Positions 37,604-49,597 of a stretch of 57,170 nucleotides of DNA are shown in pieces (position 1 is the stretch's first letter; every line of letters begins with the position of its first letter). A program made the translations under genes and the position numbers. The stretch is taken from NCBI GenBank assembly GCA_044892525.1, contig CM097887.1:122435227-122492396 (forward strand), in the 5' to 3' direction. This stretch comes from Schmidtea polychroa (Eukaryota). A model generated the notes under the pieces. It was not told the DNA's origin. It ran no database searches and saw nothing but the letters and a program-made list of their open reading frames with translations.

Positions 37604-38211
37604 AGATGGCATGCCTTTGAGACCTGTTTTATCCATAATTGGCACTGATTAGCAAGCTTAGAAAAGTTTTAAAATAATTATTTAAAAATTTAATAATTTT
37701 AGAGCAATGTCTTGAAAATTATTTTTGATTATTTTTTTGAAAATAATTATTTAAAATTGTTATTTATAATTTTAAAATTTATAGATTTTTTATTTATAAA
37801 TTATCGATATTGTATTTTATTAATATTAATCAATTTGTTTTAATAATATTTAAAACTTTTAAAAAAATGAATATTTATTCAACTGAACAATGAAAATGCT
37901 GCTAAGGGATTTTATAGAATTTCCCGAATCTCTTTATGTAATTTTTCCTCTTTCTCATAATAGCATAGTTGGAATTCTCTTTTAGAAAAAATTAGATATT
38001 GATATTGCATTTCAGAAGATGTATTTAAAAATCTTAGTTTCTGGTCCAGCCAAATGTGGAAAATCGACATTTATATATCATTTAGCTCAAGTAAACATTC
38101 AACCGCCGCTACATAGAAAGTATGGACGTGATGAGTATTGATCAAAGAATTGCAAAAGACAATCAGGATACATCCCGCAATTAATATTGAAGCTGCATTT
38201 ATTGATATAAT

Positions 38212-41200
38212 AAAAAGTGGGCAATAATTTTACAGAAGAAATCACCAAATTTGTCAAGGTTTGCATGTCAATGATTGGATAATTGGTGACATATAGAAAA
38301 ACGGGCCGACATTGATTCACATTGATGAACGAGAAATATCAGAAGGAGTCTTTTCGGAATTTTCGTTTTTTAAAATAGGCAAATTATCTTTAGTTTTTGA
38401 TTAAATGAGTTGTTATTATTGAATTTATAGATCTGGCTGTTATGCTGGTTTTTGAAACCCCTTCAATTGATTATGCCGATATAGTTATTTCTGCTTTCAG
38501 TAGGGAGGAGTTAAAAGCGCTATTTTTTATTTTTATTTTATTAGATATTGATTCTCAGCATTTGATTTGCTGGTTGTTCCAAGATTATACAGAGAATCAA
38601 ATCAATAAAATTGAGAAATATTTGCATCGGATTCCTCACTGGGGGGTGCGGACATTTTAATCAATTTGCAAAGAATTTCAAGAGTCATTGCCATGGTGAT
38701 GAGATTATCAATAGATTAATAAATCAAATTAATAAAAGATTTAAATAAAATTTATTAAATTTCTTTTATTTTCATTTGTCGAGCCATACTTATTAGGGTG
38801 GAGTGAAAATTTTTTTTTCTTAATATCTTGTTTGGATAGCTATAAAAACTTGGTAACACATGCAATTAGTAATGTGGCAAACAATTAGACAATTTAAAGC
38901 ATATCTTGAGGTTCCACAATTGACCTAAAGTATAGGCATATTTCGATAAAAAAGCAATAATCTTTAAAAAAAACATTTTTTTATAAGTAACATATTTATG
39001 TTATGGTTTAACTTTTTAACAGTCTGTACATAACATTACAAGTAATAAGAACCATATCTGTGAAGGGAAACCACATGCAAACTGTCTAACATGTTTTTAT
39101 AACTACAAATGATGTTGGGTTTTGGTGTCCAGTTTTGGCATTTTCGATCTCGATTCCAAGCGTGCTCTAATGAATCCGTCGCGTTTTTCTGGACCACACA
39201 CCATTTCGGATGCTTCTGTCACTAGCTTGATATGTCTCTCTACTGCCTGGGTGTGACAAGGATAGCGGGCGAAATCCAGTCTTGGCGTTTCTTCTTCCCG
39301 GATCATGGTTAACAAAGTATCTTCGTCAATGTCCACTACGATTGGAGGCTCTGTGATCGGAGTTTTCTGCCAATCGATCATGTCTATGTAGCTAGTAGCT
39401 TCAAAGTTGATTACTGGCACGCAGAAAGATCTAACTGAAATCGTACGTTTCTGCTTTCTGGATTTCAGTATGCGTCGCAGAGCTAACTCGCGTATATCTG
39501 ATCTTTCATCGGTAAGCATCGCAAGCAACAGATTTTCTGGATGACTAAAGAATGCGTTGCGTTGAATTACCGGGTCAACAACTTTCTTCAGCTCGTCTGT
39601 GAGGTAGCGTGATTTCAGTATCGTACTGTGGACATGTCGAGCGCCGTCTTTACACGAAGGGGTATTCTTTATTTCAAACCATGCAGGTGCATAAACTGTT
39701 ACGATGAAGGTAGCAAGCGTCTTTAGTTCATCCGACGGGCTTCTTGTGGCAACATACAGACGTAGTATGCGATTAGCCGTGGTTAACCATCTCGAATGAA
39801 CAGCACTGGCGATTCCTGCTGCCGCCCTGTCGGATACGCCATGTCGATCACACGCTAAAGCCAACGACGGTAGCTTAACTCTCATCTGCTTGTCATTCAA
39901 TTTTCGCTGTTGTTTAATTTGGCTTATACAATCGTCATCAGAGTCATCATCGCCGGTATCCATTTCCTCTTCCATTCCAGAAAAAAAAAAGTGGGCAATA
40001 ATTTTACAGAAGAAATCACCAAATTTGTCAAGGTTTGCATGTCAATGATTGGATAATTGGTGACATATAGAAAAACGGGCCGACATTGATTCACATTGAT
40101 GAACGAGAAATATCAGAAGGAGTCTTTTCGGAATTTTCGTTTTTTAAAATAGGCAAATTATCTTTAGTTTTTGATTAAATGAGTTGTTATTATTGAATTT
40201 ATAGATCTGGCTGTTATGCTGGTTTTTGAAACCCCTTCAATTGATTATGCCGATATAGTTATTTCTGCTTTCAGTAGGGAGGAGTTAAAAGCGCTATTTT
40301 TTATTTTTATTTTATTAGATATTGATTCTCAGCATTTGATTTGCTGGTTGTTCCAAGATTATACAGAGAATCAAATCAATAAAATTGAGAAATATTTGCA
40401 TCGGATTCCTCACTGGGGGGTGCGGACATTTTAATCAATTTGCAAAGAATTTCAAGAGTCATTGCCATGGTGATGAGATTATCAATAGATTAATAAATCA
40501 AATTAATAAAAGATTTAAATAAAATTTATTAAATTTCTTTTATTTTCATTTGTCGAGCCATACTTATTAGGGTGGAGTGAAAATTTTTTTTTCTTAATAT
40601 CTTGTTTGGATAGCTATAAAAACTTGGTAACACATGCAATTAGTAATGTGGCAAACAATTAGACAATTTAAAGCATATCTTGAGGTTCCACAATTGACCT
40701 AAAGTATAGGCATATTTCGATAAAAAAGCAATAATCTTTAAAAAAAACATTTTTTTATAAGTAACATATTTATGTTATGGTTTAACTTTTTAACAGTCTG
40801 TACATAACATTACAAGTAATAAGAACCATATCTGTGAAGGGAAACCACATGCAAACTGTCTAACATGTTTTTATAACTACAAATGATGTTGGGTTTTGGT
40901 GTCCAGTTTTGGCATTTTCGATCTCGATTCCAAGCGTGCTCTAATGAATCCGTCGCGTTTTTCTGGACCACACACCATTTCGGATGCTTCTGTCACTAGC
41001 TTGATATGTCTCTCTACTGCCTGGGTGTGACAAGGATAGCGGGCGAAATCCAGTCTTGGCGTTTCTTCTTCCCGGATCATGGTTAACAAAGTATCTTCGT
41101 CAATGTCCACTACGATTGGAGGCTCTGTGATCGGAGTTTTCTGCCAATCGATCATGTCTATGTAGCTAGTAGCTTCAAAGTTGATTACTGGCACGCAGAA

Positions 41201-41757
41201 AGATCTAACTGAAATCGTACGTTTCTGCTTTCTGGATTTCAGTATGCGTCGCAGAGCTAACTCGCGTATATCTGATCTTTCATCGGTAAGCATCGCAAGC
41301 AACAGATTTTCTGGATGACTAAAGAATGCGTTGCGTTGAATTACCGGGTCAACAACTTTCTTCAGCTCGTCTGTGAGGTAGCGTGATTTCAGTATCGTAC
41401 TGTGGACATGTCGAGCGCCGTCTTTACACGAAGGGGTATTCTTTATTTCAAACCATGCAGGTGCATAAACTGTTACGATGAAGGTAGCAAGCGTCTTTAG
41501 TTCATCCGACGGGCTTCTTGTGGCAACATACAGACGTAGTATGCGATTAGCCGTGGTTAACCATCTCGAATGAACAGCACTGGCGATTCCTGCTGCCGCC
41601 CTGTCGGATACGCCATGTCGATCACACGCTAAAGCCAACGACGGTAGCTTAACTCTCATCTGCTTGTCATTCAATTTTCGCTGTTGTTTAATTTGGCTTA
41701 TACAATCGTCATCAGAGTCATCATCGCCGGTATCCATTTCCTCTTCCATTCCAGAAA
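38212..41757. repeat. 1774-bp tandem duplication (38212-39983 / 39986-41757)
   Basis: ORF pairs 38442/40216 and 39103/40877 are offset by exactly 1774 with identical translations. The junction is an A10 run at 39981-39990. Confidence 0.92.
38794..39983 (-). mobile_element. Partial duplicate of the hATm element (one TIR plus C-terminal ORF half)
   Basis: ORF 39103-39975 is identical to the C-terminal 290 aa of 40877-42406; TIR at 38794. Confidence 0.85.
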
Positions 41758-42904
41758 TCTCGTCACAGACATCCGACTGTTTATCACCGATGTCATCAAT
41801 GGCAGATTTGGTACACATCTGCCTCTGTGTCGACTCTTTACGGATATACCGCTTTTGTAATCTACTGGATTCAACCTCATCAACTCCAGCTATGATCATA
41901 CTGCGTGAACCCCGCTGATCTTCTAGAAAGTCACGTTCAATTGTGGGTATCTTTCTTGACTTCTCACAGTGACACTGAGACATACAAGAGCACTTGCAGG
42001 AGCAAATGTCAAAGAGTTTAATCGATTCATCTTTAAACTGCGATATTTTCTCTCTGTATGGTTCTGAGTCCTTCCTAGATTTATACGGCTTCAGCAATTT
42101 CATGAACGTCTTGTGGTACACGTTCAACATTTCATGAACACGGCGGTGGCTTACATGTGGTATGGAAGCTTTGTCCCATATTTGTTCTACTTTCATTGAC
42201 ACTGTTTCTGCCACGTTGCGATGTGAAGGATCTTTATTGTTCAATTCGCATTTCAGTCTCTGCTTTGTCAGGTTGTAGAATTTCATAACATCTGCATAAG
42301 TCGGTAGTTGATTGTCGGGCATCTCGGATGGACCACCAAAGATGACACAAGACACTTTCTTTCTGGTTACAGCCATTGCAACTCTAAAAAGGAAAACCAG
42401 AGGCATTTTAAATCCATATTATTTAAATGCCATCAATGGCTTCAATAATATGTTATAATATTACCTCTTATAATGAAGTATCGTAGTGGAGTAATTATTT
42501 ATCACTAACAATACTACATACAGCGATTCAAAAAAAATACAATGTTATGCAATATGTATGCAATAATCCGTCTGAATTGACTCTAGAAACAGGAAGTGCA
42601 GCGTGTGAATGCGTAGAAAAGTGAACTAATAATGATCTTTTAGTTAACAGTAAGTAACGATAACGTATTAGTGGAAGCAAAAAGTTGCCAATTCCTTGTA
42701 ATGAAAAGAACACCGGATAGCAAATACATTATCGTTTTCTTATCAATGGTTACATTTTAAAGTTGGTTGTGGAACCTCAAGACATTATTTAAATTATTGT
42801 TTTTCTTTACAGAGTACTTCATTTGACCTCATAGCAAGTTTTTATAACTATCCAAAGTCTACTAAGTCAAAAAATTTTTTTTCGGTCATTTTCACTCCAC
42901 CCTA
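40568..42904 (-). mobile_element. hAT-superfamily (hATm-like) DNA transposon, internally deleted
   Basis: 17-bp perfect TIR TAGGGTGGAGTGAAAAT, subterminal inverted motifs, and 8-bp TSD ATACTTAT (40560-40567, 42905-42912). ORF 40877-42406 has LPTYADV, WDKASIP, FLEDQR, ACDRHGVSDR, HSRWLTTANRILRLY and RNAFFSHPENLLLAML. Confidence 0.85.
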
Positions 42905-43743
42905 ATACTTATTAGTTTATAAATCAAAAATAATTTATATTTAGAATCTGAAATGGTTAATTATCAGTAAAATGAAAAAAAAATATTATGATCCTTAATA
43001 TTGGACACTCCCTTCGGTCGACAGTGTTTTGAACTAGATTAGTTATTCAGCTTTCGATTTAAAAAATGATCATAATTGTGAGGTGTTAAATATTTCAATG
43101 GTTTATCAAAATAATTTTAAATTGTAAATAATTGACTATTAAATTAACTCAAATAATTTTTAAATTGGATTTTTTAATTTGAATTTAGAATTAAAAATTA
43201 AAATAGATTTTTCAAAAAGAAGTTTTAATAATGAAAAATTTTTAAATAAATATGTTTTAAATATTGAAATACTTTGATAAAAGGGTTTGTAAATATTTTA
43301 TTCAACGCTGAAAATTTGTTTAAAATTATACAATATTTCATACTTGGAATTATGTCGTTAACTTTTGAACCGGATTTAAAAAATAATTTAGACGATGTGT
43401 TAGCAGCTTCTAATAATAATAAAATGGCTATTCATATTCATCAAAGTTGTGCATTACGATAACATTTTCAGCATACTTTATTTAATGGAGAAGATAGAAA
43501 ACCTTATAAGATATACATTTAATTAGATTATTAAACAATTGTTATTATAAAAATTAAAACATGAAAATATCCATAAAATTCAAATATAATTACATTTGTC
43601 CTCCGTGAAATGGATTCAGTCGCAATGAAATGTTCAAGATCCTCAAAAATTACAATTGAAATAAATGAAAGAGTTGAATCGGCTATCGTCGTGAAAATAA
43701 CATTAATAAAACTAAGTTCGTCGTATTTATTCTAGTTTTTTTA

Positions 43744-44526
43744 TTAACACTAATCATACCAACACTTTTTAGATACCTATTTCTACCATGGCGGGTCAAA
43801 TGACCTGACTTCACGTTTCCTGCTTGAATGTATGAAATATGGATGTTTGGAAGGAAATTAACATTCTTTCCAAACAGATCCATCATTCACAGCATGTTGT
43901 TTATTTATTTATATTTCACTTTCTTCTAAACTTGAGAGTGATCTTATCCTTTTTCGTCCACAACATATATTCACAGTATTTTCCTTTTCATTGTCAGTAT
44001 CTATAGAATCCAACTCACTTTCATTTGAAACCAGTATATCTTCATTTTCAGAAAATTCATCTTCACCAATTTGCGAAAACTCTTCGCCAATATTATTTAT
44101 ATCTTCTAAGAACTTGTACTGTTTTTGCTTCGACATTTTTATGGGTAAAAAGCGACCTGTATTTCTAAAGCCATCAAAATAAAATATTTAATATCAATTT
44201 TTGCTACCTTTTCAAACACTAAAAAGCTAAATCCATTATAAAATTTTGATATTTTCTTGAAATTTTTCTCAGCTATTTTGATTGAACTACTTTACGCAAC
44301 AGTTTTTGCAGAAATGTGCAACTGAAACTGCTTAAAACAAACGAATGGTCTCAAGGTCAGATGACTCAACATAAACAAAACAAAAAAAATAAAAAAATAT
44401 TATATTAACTGTAGATTAATTAGTTCGAAAAAATCAAATGCGCAAAAGCAATAAAACGATACATGCATTTTCAATGCAAAAGTTCAAAATGGGTCATTTG
44501 ACCCGTTATGGTATGTCTAATGTTAA
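43744..44526 (-). mobile_element. Non-autonomous piggyBac derivative
   Basis: TTAA at both ends and 13-bp terminal repeats (cactaatcatacc / cattagacatacc). The internal repeat cgggtcaaatgacc sits after a 31-bp spacer at one end and a 4-bp spacer at the other. Acidic N-terminal ORF remnant 43909-44136. Confidence 0.75.
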
Positions 44527-47500
44527 TTCCGATCAATCAGGATTACGCAGGTGTGTAAATTGTATTTTTCTATTTTCTATTATTACTTTAATGTTTTTTC
44601 TTTTCTTTTATTTTGTTTCACTTTTCTTTATTTAACTATTAATTAGGTTTTCCTAATTTTATCTGCCTAATCTTGACGGCCATCTTGTTTCATATTTCTT
44701 TATATTTAATTTTTAATTTCTAATCTACAATCGTTTTATTAGTTTTTGTCATTATTTTCCTACTTCTTTTTCTTATTGTTTCTCAAAACTTATTCTATTT
44801 TATTATTGTTTGCTTCCTAAATTTATGGTTACTTTGTTCTATTTATCTTTTAATTATTTTACATTATCGGTCATCTTTGATCTATTTTATCTATTCTTAT
44901 TTTAAATAGTCGCTTTAATTTTATTTGTTATCATTTTCCTAATACTTTTATTGTTGTTTTGTCGTAGTTAGTTTTCCCATGTCACTTTCCTTATAAAAAT
45001 ATGGTGTGTTTATTTATTTGAACTGTTATGTTGCTCTTAGCCCAAAAAATCACTTCGGGGCTCGTTAAAATTGCGTCTCGCAATTTATTTGGATCCAAAT
45101 CAGTACCGCCTGTTCCTTTACACCATTATTTTTCATGGTCCCTACTTCATGCATACAGTATACATAAATAATAATGGTCAAATTAAGACAAGATTCACTT
45201 CAGGTGATAGATTATTTACTACATTGATCTTGGTTAGTTATCAATGTCAGATCACGCTAGTTATTGGTATTAATCGTCATTGGGCCTGCTGCTCGGTTTT
45301 CGTCGTTATTGATTGTTTGACTTTATTGGGGTTGGTTGAATTGGGAAAGTCTAATGAATCGAACTATTTTCTTGTCTTTGTCCATTTTTTGGGATCGTTT
45401 TTTCTTGGATATCTGAGTTGGTTGATGATTTTTCTGCCATGTTCGACATAGATCGTATGATTTCCAGATGGTTACTGTGAGGATGTTAAAGGTTTCGATG
45501 ATTACTGTATATAACAAGATATGGGTGTCCTTCGTTTCTTTATGTTGTAGGTTCTCTAATCATGATTACTAACAAATAAAATTTACCAATTCACTAAGCT
45601 GAATTTCACAACTCAATATAATTAAATCCCAAAGAATAGATTGACAAGTTAATTGAATTACGAGTAGGTTTGTTGGCTGGCTGATCGTTAGCTATGATAT
45701 TTACCTATTACAGTTTGATAGAACGGTAAAATGTATCATAGGAAGCGGCCCTTTTATACTATTGTGCCGAAATTTTCAACCAATCAGAATCGATTGCGTT
45801 GGATTTTATATTTGATTTTTGTAATTAAAATTGGTAAGTTTTTATTGGTTGTTTTTTTTGGAATTTTAATTATAAATTTTTAATCGTTTTTTCCTTTTAA
45901 TTGTTTGGTTCCTAATATTTGTAATTGATGTTTTATTCTCACTTTCTTTTCCTTTTTAGTTTTTTAATTATTAAAATGTGTTGGGCCAAGCTTCGAGAGT
46001 ATTGCAAAACCGGTTAAGAATAAATAAGGGGGATAAAATAAATTGCACGAAAAGCGCGAAAAATAGAAGAACAAATAAAATTAGATAAACATAACAGAAA
46101 TAAAAGGAATAAAATAACCAATGAAAACAATAAAAGATGAAAAACAAGATGAGAAAAGAAAATAACGCACCACACATAATAGCATAAGGAAATAAAATAA
46201 TAAATATAAGAAAAATAAACCAGAAATTAGGAAATAAAATAAAAATAAAGCATTATCAAATAAATACATAAACTAATTAAAACAAAAAATTAGATTATAA
46301 CCAAAAAACAATAAAGTCACAGGAAAAACAGGAAGGAAATAACAAAAAATAGAAAAATAAATAAAATAATAATAAAAATAGAGAAAAGTCATTAAAATAT
46401 ACCTTATTGCATTAAAAACATAAAAATAGTAATAAATAATAATATTACACGCAAGTCGCGTCCTGATTGGACAGAAAATAATATAAAAGAAACGGAAAAT
46501 ATCTGTAGAGTACCACTTTTTAACCAAACTCTACAGGTAAAATTTTAAGTTGTTAACGACCACTTTTTAACCAAACTCTACAGCAAACTTCATTAAATCA
46601 ATTCGCAAGGACTATACTCAAGAAACACTATTCATACAGTTATCGAGATTTCCACAGAGCATTAATATTATTCACCTGGGAACAGAAAACTTCAACCGAT
46701 ATTTTTCCAATACTCTCGAAGGAAACGTATTGTAAGTATGATGCATATTTTACTTTTTAATTTTGTTTTTATATAAAAAGGAATGAACAAAATAATTTAT
46801 TTTTAATAAATTTTTTCTATTTGATTATAAAGATGTTCTCTCTCTCCATGCGACCGGCGACGATGTCGTCTGGAATTCGGACATGATGCAGAAACGCGAA
46901 TGAATGGGCTAGATGATACTCGCAGAGGAGTAATGAAAATAAAGACATCGAATCGAGAATTTAAATCCCACTGAGAATGGAAAATGAAGTGTAGGAGGAT
47001 TATTCCGACATTGTATCATGTTCGAGTTTCAGACGGCGTGGTCGCCGGGTAACCAACTATTTTATATAATAATAATATTTCGTTAATATTGAGTTGTCGG
47101 GCGAATTTATGGTTTATTTGCGATGATTGTTTTCGATGAAGATGATAGAAATCTGAGGGGATGGAATCGTCCTTCCTGACGGTCCAAGTGCGGCGGCAGC
47201 GATGCATGCTGTGCTTGGGTGAGTCAGGAGGGGTGAGGACATCTGGTGAGCGATGTAGATACATAACAATGGAGAATCTTCCACCGAGTGATATCGACGA
47301 TCGGCATAAGAAAATTTCCATCAATAGGAGAGACAGAATTGCGACAATTGATACAAATAATAACTCCGTTTGAAACTTTCCGGAAAAGACATGAGACAGG
47401 ATCTTCATTTCCACGTACTGCCGTACTTCATTATGCTCCAATTCGACATGATTATTGTTTTTAAGCTTTCGAATTTCGGTGAATTGATTATGAAGGGATC

Positions 47501-48829
47501 ATAGTTTTCGGCTGCAAAAGAAAATCCCAGACAGATCTGTATAAACTGTCTCTAGTTTTCTTCAGGGATTTGAACTACTAGAGCATTAGCGAGTACATCC
47601 ATCCTCTCGGTTTTAATCAGACTCTACAATCAATCTTGACAGGCCTTATCGTCGCTAATAGTAGAACCTGTACGACACATGAAAATCATCCGATAGTGAA
47701 TGTAAATATTCACGACAGCCTTGAGAAAATCTGAGGTCAGCAAACTAGGGAAATTATCTTTTAGTCTTGGCCTGCTGGAAATTAGTCGTAGACGACCGAT
47801 AAGCATTCGCCTGAGCACATCCAATACCCGGATAACGAGGCCATGCAGGTCCAGTAACAGCGCTTGATAGAGATTAGCAGAAATAAACATCGAGTAGACC
47901 TTATAATCACTCACTCATAATTCCAACTTGGCAAGGCGATAATAAAACTCCAAATTCGAAACACTGTGTTGATAGATCTAACTGAATATTTCTAGTATCA
48001 AATCAGGTATCCACGCCATGCATAATCATCAGTATGTCCAATGATGCACACAAGCAAGCTGATCCACCGTAGTAACTCAGGTAGGAAAATGACGTAATGA
48101 TATAACAGTGTGAGACGGTGTGTGCGAACATAGTCAGCGACATCGAAATCATTTAGTGAGATTAATTTCAACGAGAATTGTCTAGCCGTGGGTAAGAGCA
48201 ATACCGGCATACTATAATCTTAACACAGTGAAATATATGCATACTCACATACATGCACAGAGTAGGAATGAATTGACGACCTAGTTGGGGTTTCCATGAC
48301 TACGCTAACGCCGCTAATTTAAACGAACTTTTAGATAATTCGAAGTAATAATTAAAATTCTCGACGAGTTTTTTCAAATTCTCATTTCTAGTACGAGGAG
48401 GTCGAGTACTCCAAGCGATAGTCATTTCACTCCCTGTGACATTCAGACCCAACGACTCTCAATAGGTCACGATATTGAATAAAATTGTCACCGATCACAA
48501 ACAACGGAAAATTTAAATGTTATAATTATAAAAGCGAAGGTTTTCCCGAAAATTAGCAGAATGACTTAGATAAATCATCAACCTGTAGGAGATATACAGT
48601 ACATAGCTAATATAATAAAGTGTTTTATTTATGACTCCCGTTTTCTTTTAATCTTGCATGGTTTACGTTGATGTGAATATGAGCGGTCGTAGTAAATGAT
48701 GATTTTAAAGGACCATCTCCGAGCGGAGACCGGTCGAGGGTCACCGAAATCGTATGTTGAGGGAACTAAATAATCATGAGGGAAAGCTGTTCGCAACCCC
48801 GCCTTAATGGAAACCTTCTTTATCTTCAG

Positions 48830-49597
48830 ATGACTACACCGATCCAGTCCAGAAAAGATCTCCGTCCATGCTTCTCATGTTCGGACAAAAATGCAGACAT
48901 CGCACAGTTGCACTTGTACATTGGGGAATTAAAGAAGAGAATTGACCTCTATGAGGGAACGTGGTTCTCCCCGCCACAGATGAAAGAGGAGAAGAGTAAG
49001 ATTCTACGTCTGGAGCACTGCCGGGACAGTCTCCTGGAAGAGAGTAGATGCCAGCGGCTAACCATAAAAGCCCAATCAGAGGCACTACATAAAGTATACT
49101 CCGAAGCAGAGATAGCGAAGCGAGTTCGCGAATACCCGATACAAGAGGGGACTAATGTGTTCCCCGGGCACCACCAACCAGCTGAATCATCGTCAGTAAC
49201 TAATTGCAAGGGGCATGGCCCACAATTGCCACCAATTCCAGCCCCAGTTCTCTCTGGTTATCGGCCTATGGCTGGTGGACCCTCGGACCCTATCTTGGCT
49301 CCAATACTCGGGCCACACCTCACTCAGCTCCCAATAGCAACTACCCTTCCCCATCGAAAGCGTAAGCGGCCGACGCGCTCGGAAAAGAATCAGAAGCGCA
49401 GAAATGCCATGGCTGCGCTTGAGGCATCATTATTCGCAGCCAAATCAACAATCCAAGAAATTACCGTTACTCATTGCATTCCGACCAAAGAAGTGTTCCG
49501 GGTAGTTCCGGCCGGCAGTATCAAATTCCTCGAAGATCGCCGGTTGCCCGTTGACATCGACGAGATGCTCGCGGAAGGAGAAGCATTCTCACAGTGA
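48830..49597 (+). CDS. Orphan protein in GC-rich island (CxxC, predicted coiled coil, Pro-rich, basic patch); possibly retroelement ORF1-like
   Basis: Open frame 48776-49597 (273 aa) at about 50% GC by eye. Polypyrimidine+CAG directly before ATG 48830; donor-like CA|GTGAGT at 49594. Confidence 0.5.
   Translation: MTTPIQSRKDLRPCFSCSDKNADIAQLHLYIGELKKRIDLYEGTWFSPPQMKEEKSKILRLEHCRDSLLEESRCQRLTIKAQSEALHKVYSEAEIAKRVREYPIQEGTNVFPGHHQPAESSSVTNCKGHGPQLPPIPAPVLSGYRPMAGGPSDPILAPILGPHLTQLPIATTLPHRKRKRPTRSEKNQKRRNAMAALEASLFAAKSTIQEITVTHCIPTKEVFRVVPAGSIKFLEDRRLPVDIDEMLAEGEAFSQ

Larger units (their letters stand above)
38016..43520 (+). pseudogene. Decayed intron-containing P-loop NTPase (NACHT/STAND-like?), interrupted by hAT
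   Basis: KILVSGPAKCGKST (Walker A, 38043-38069), LIHIDE (Walker B-like, 38312-38329), IVISAFSREELK, and HIHQS at ~43430. Acceptor-like sites, in-frame stops and frameshifts. Confidence 0.45.

Noticed and set aside
42940-43520. In-frame TAA/TAG codons suggesting a variant genetic code
   Set aside because: HUWE1, DCDC2 and the GPCR read cleanly in the standard code and the GPCR ends in TAA, so these are pseudogene stops.
45071-46527. Phe/Leu-rich ORFs resembling membrane proteins
   Set aside because: They arise from strong T/A strand skew; no conserved motif was seen.
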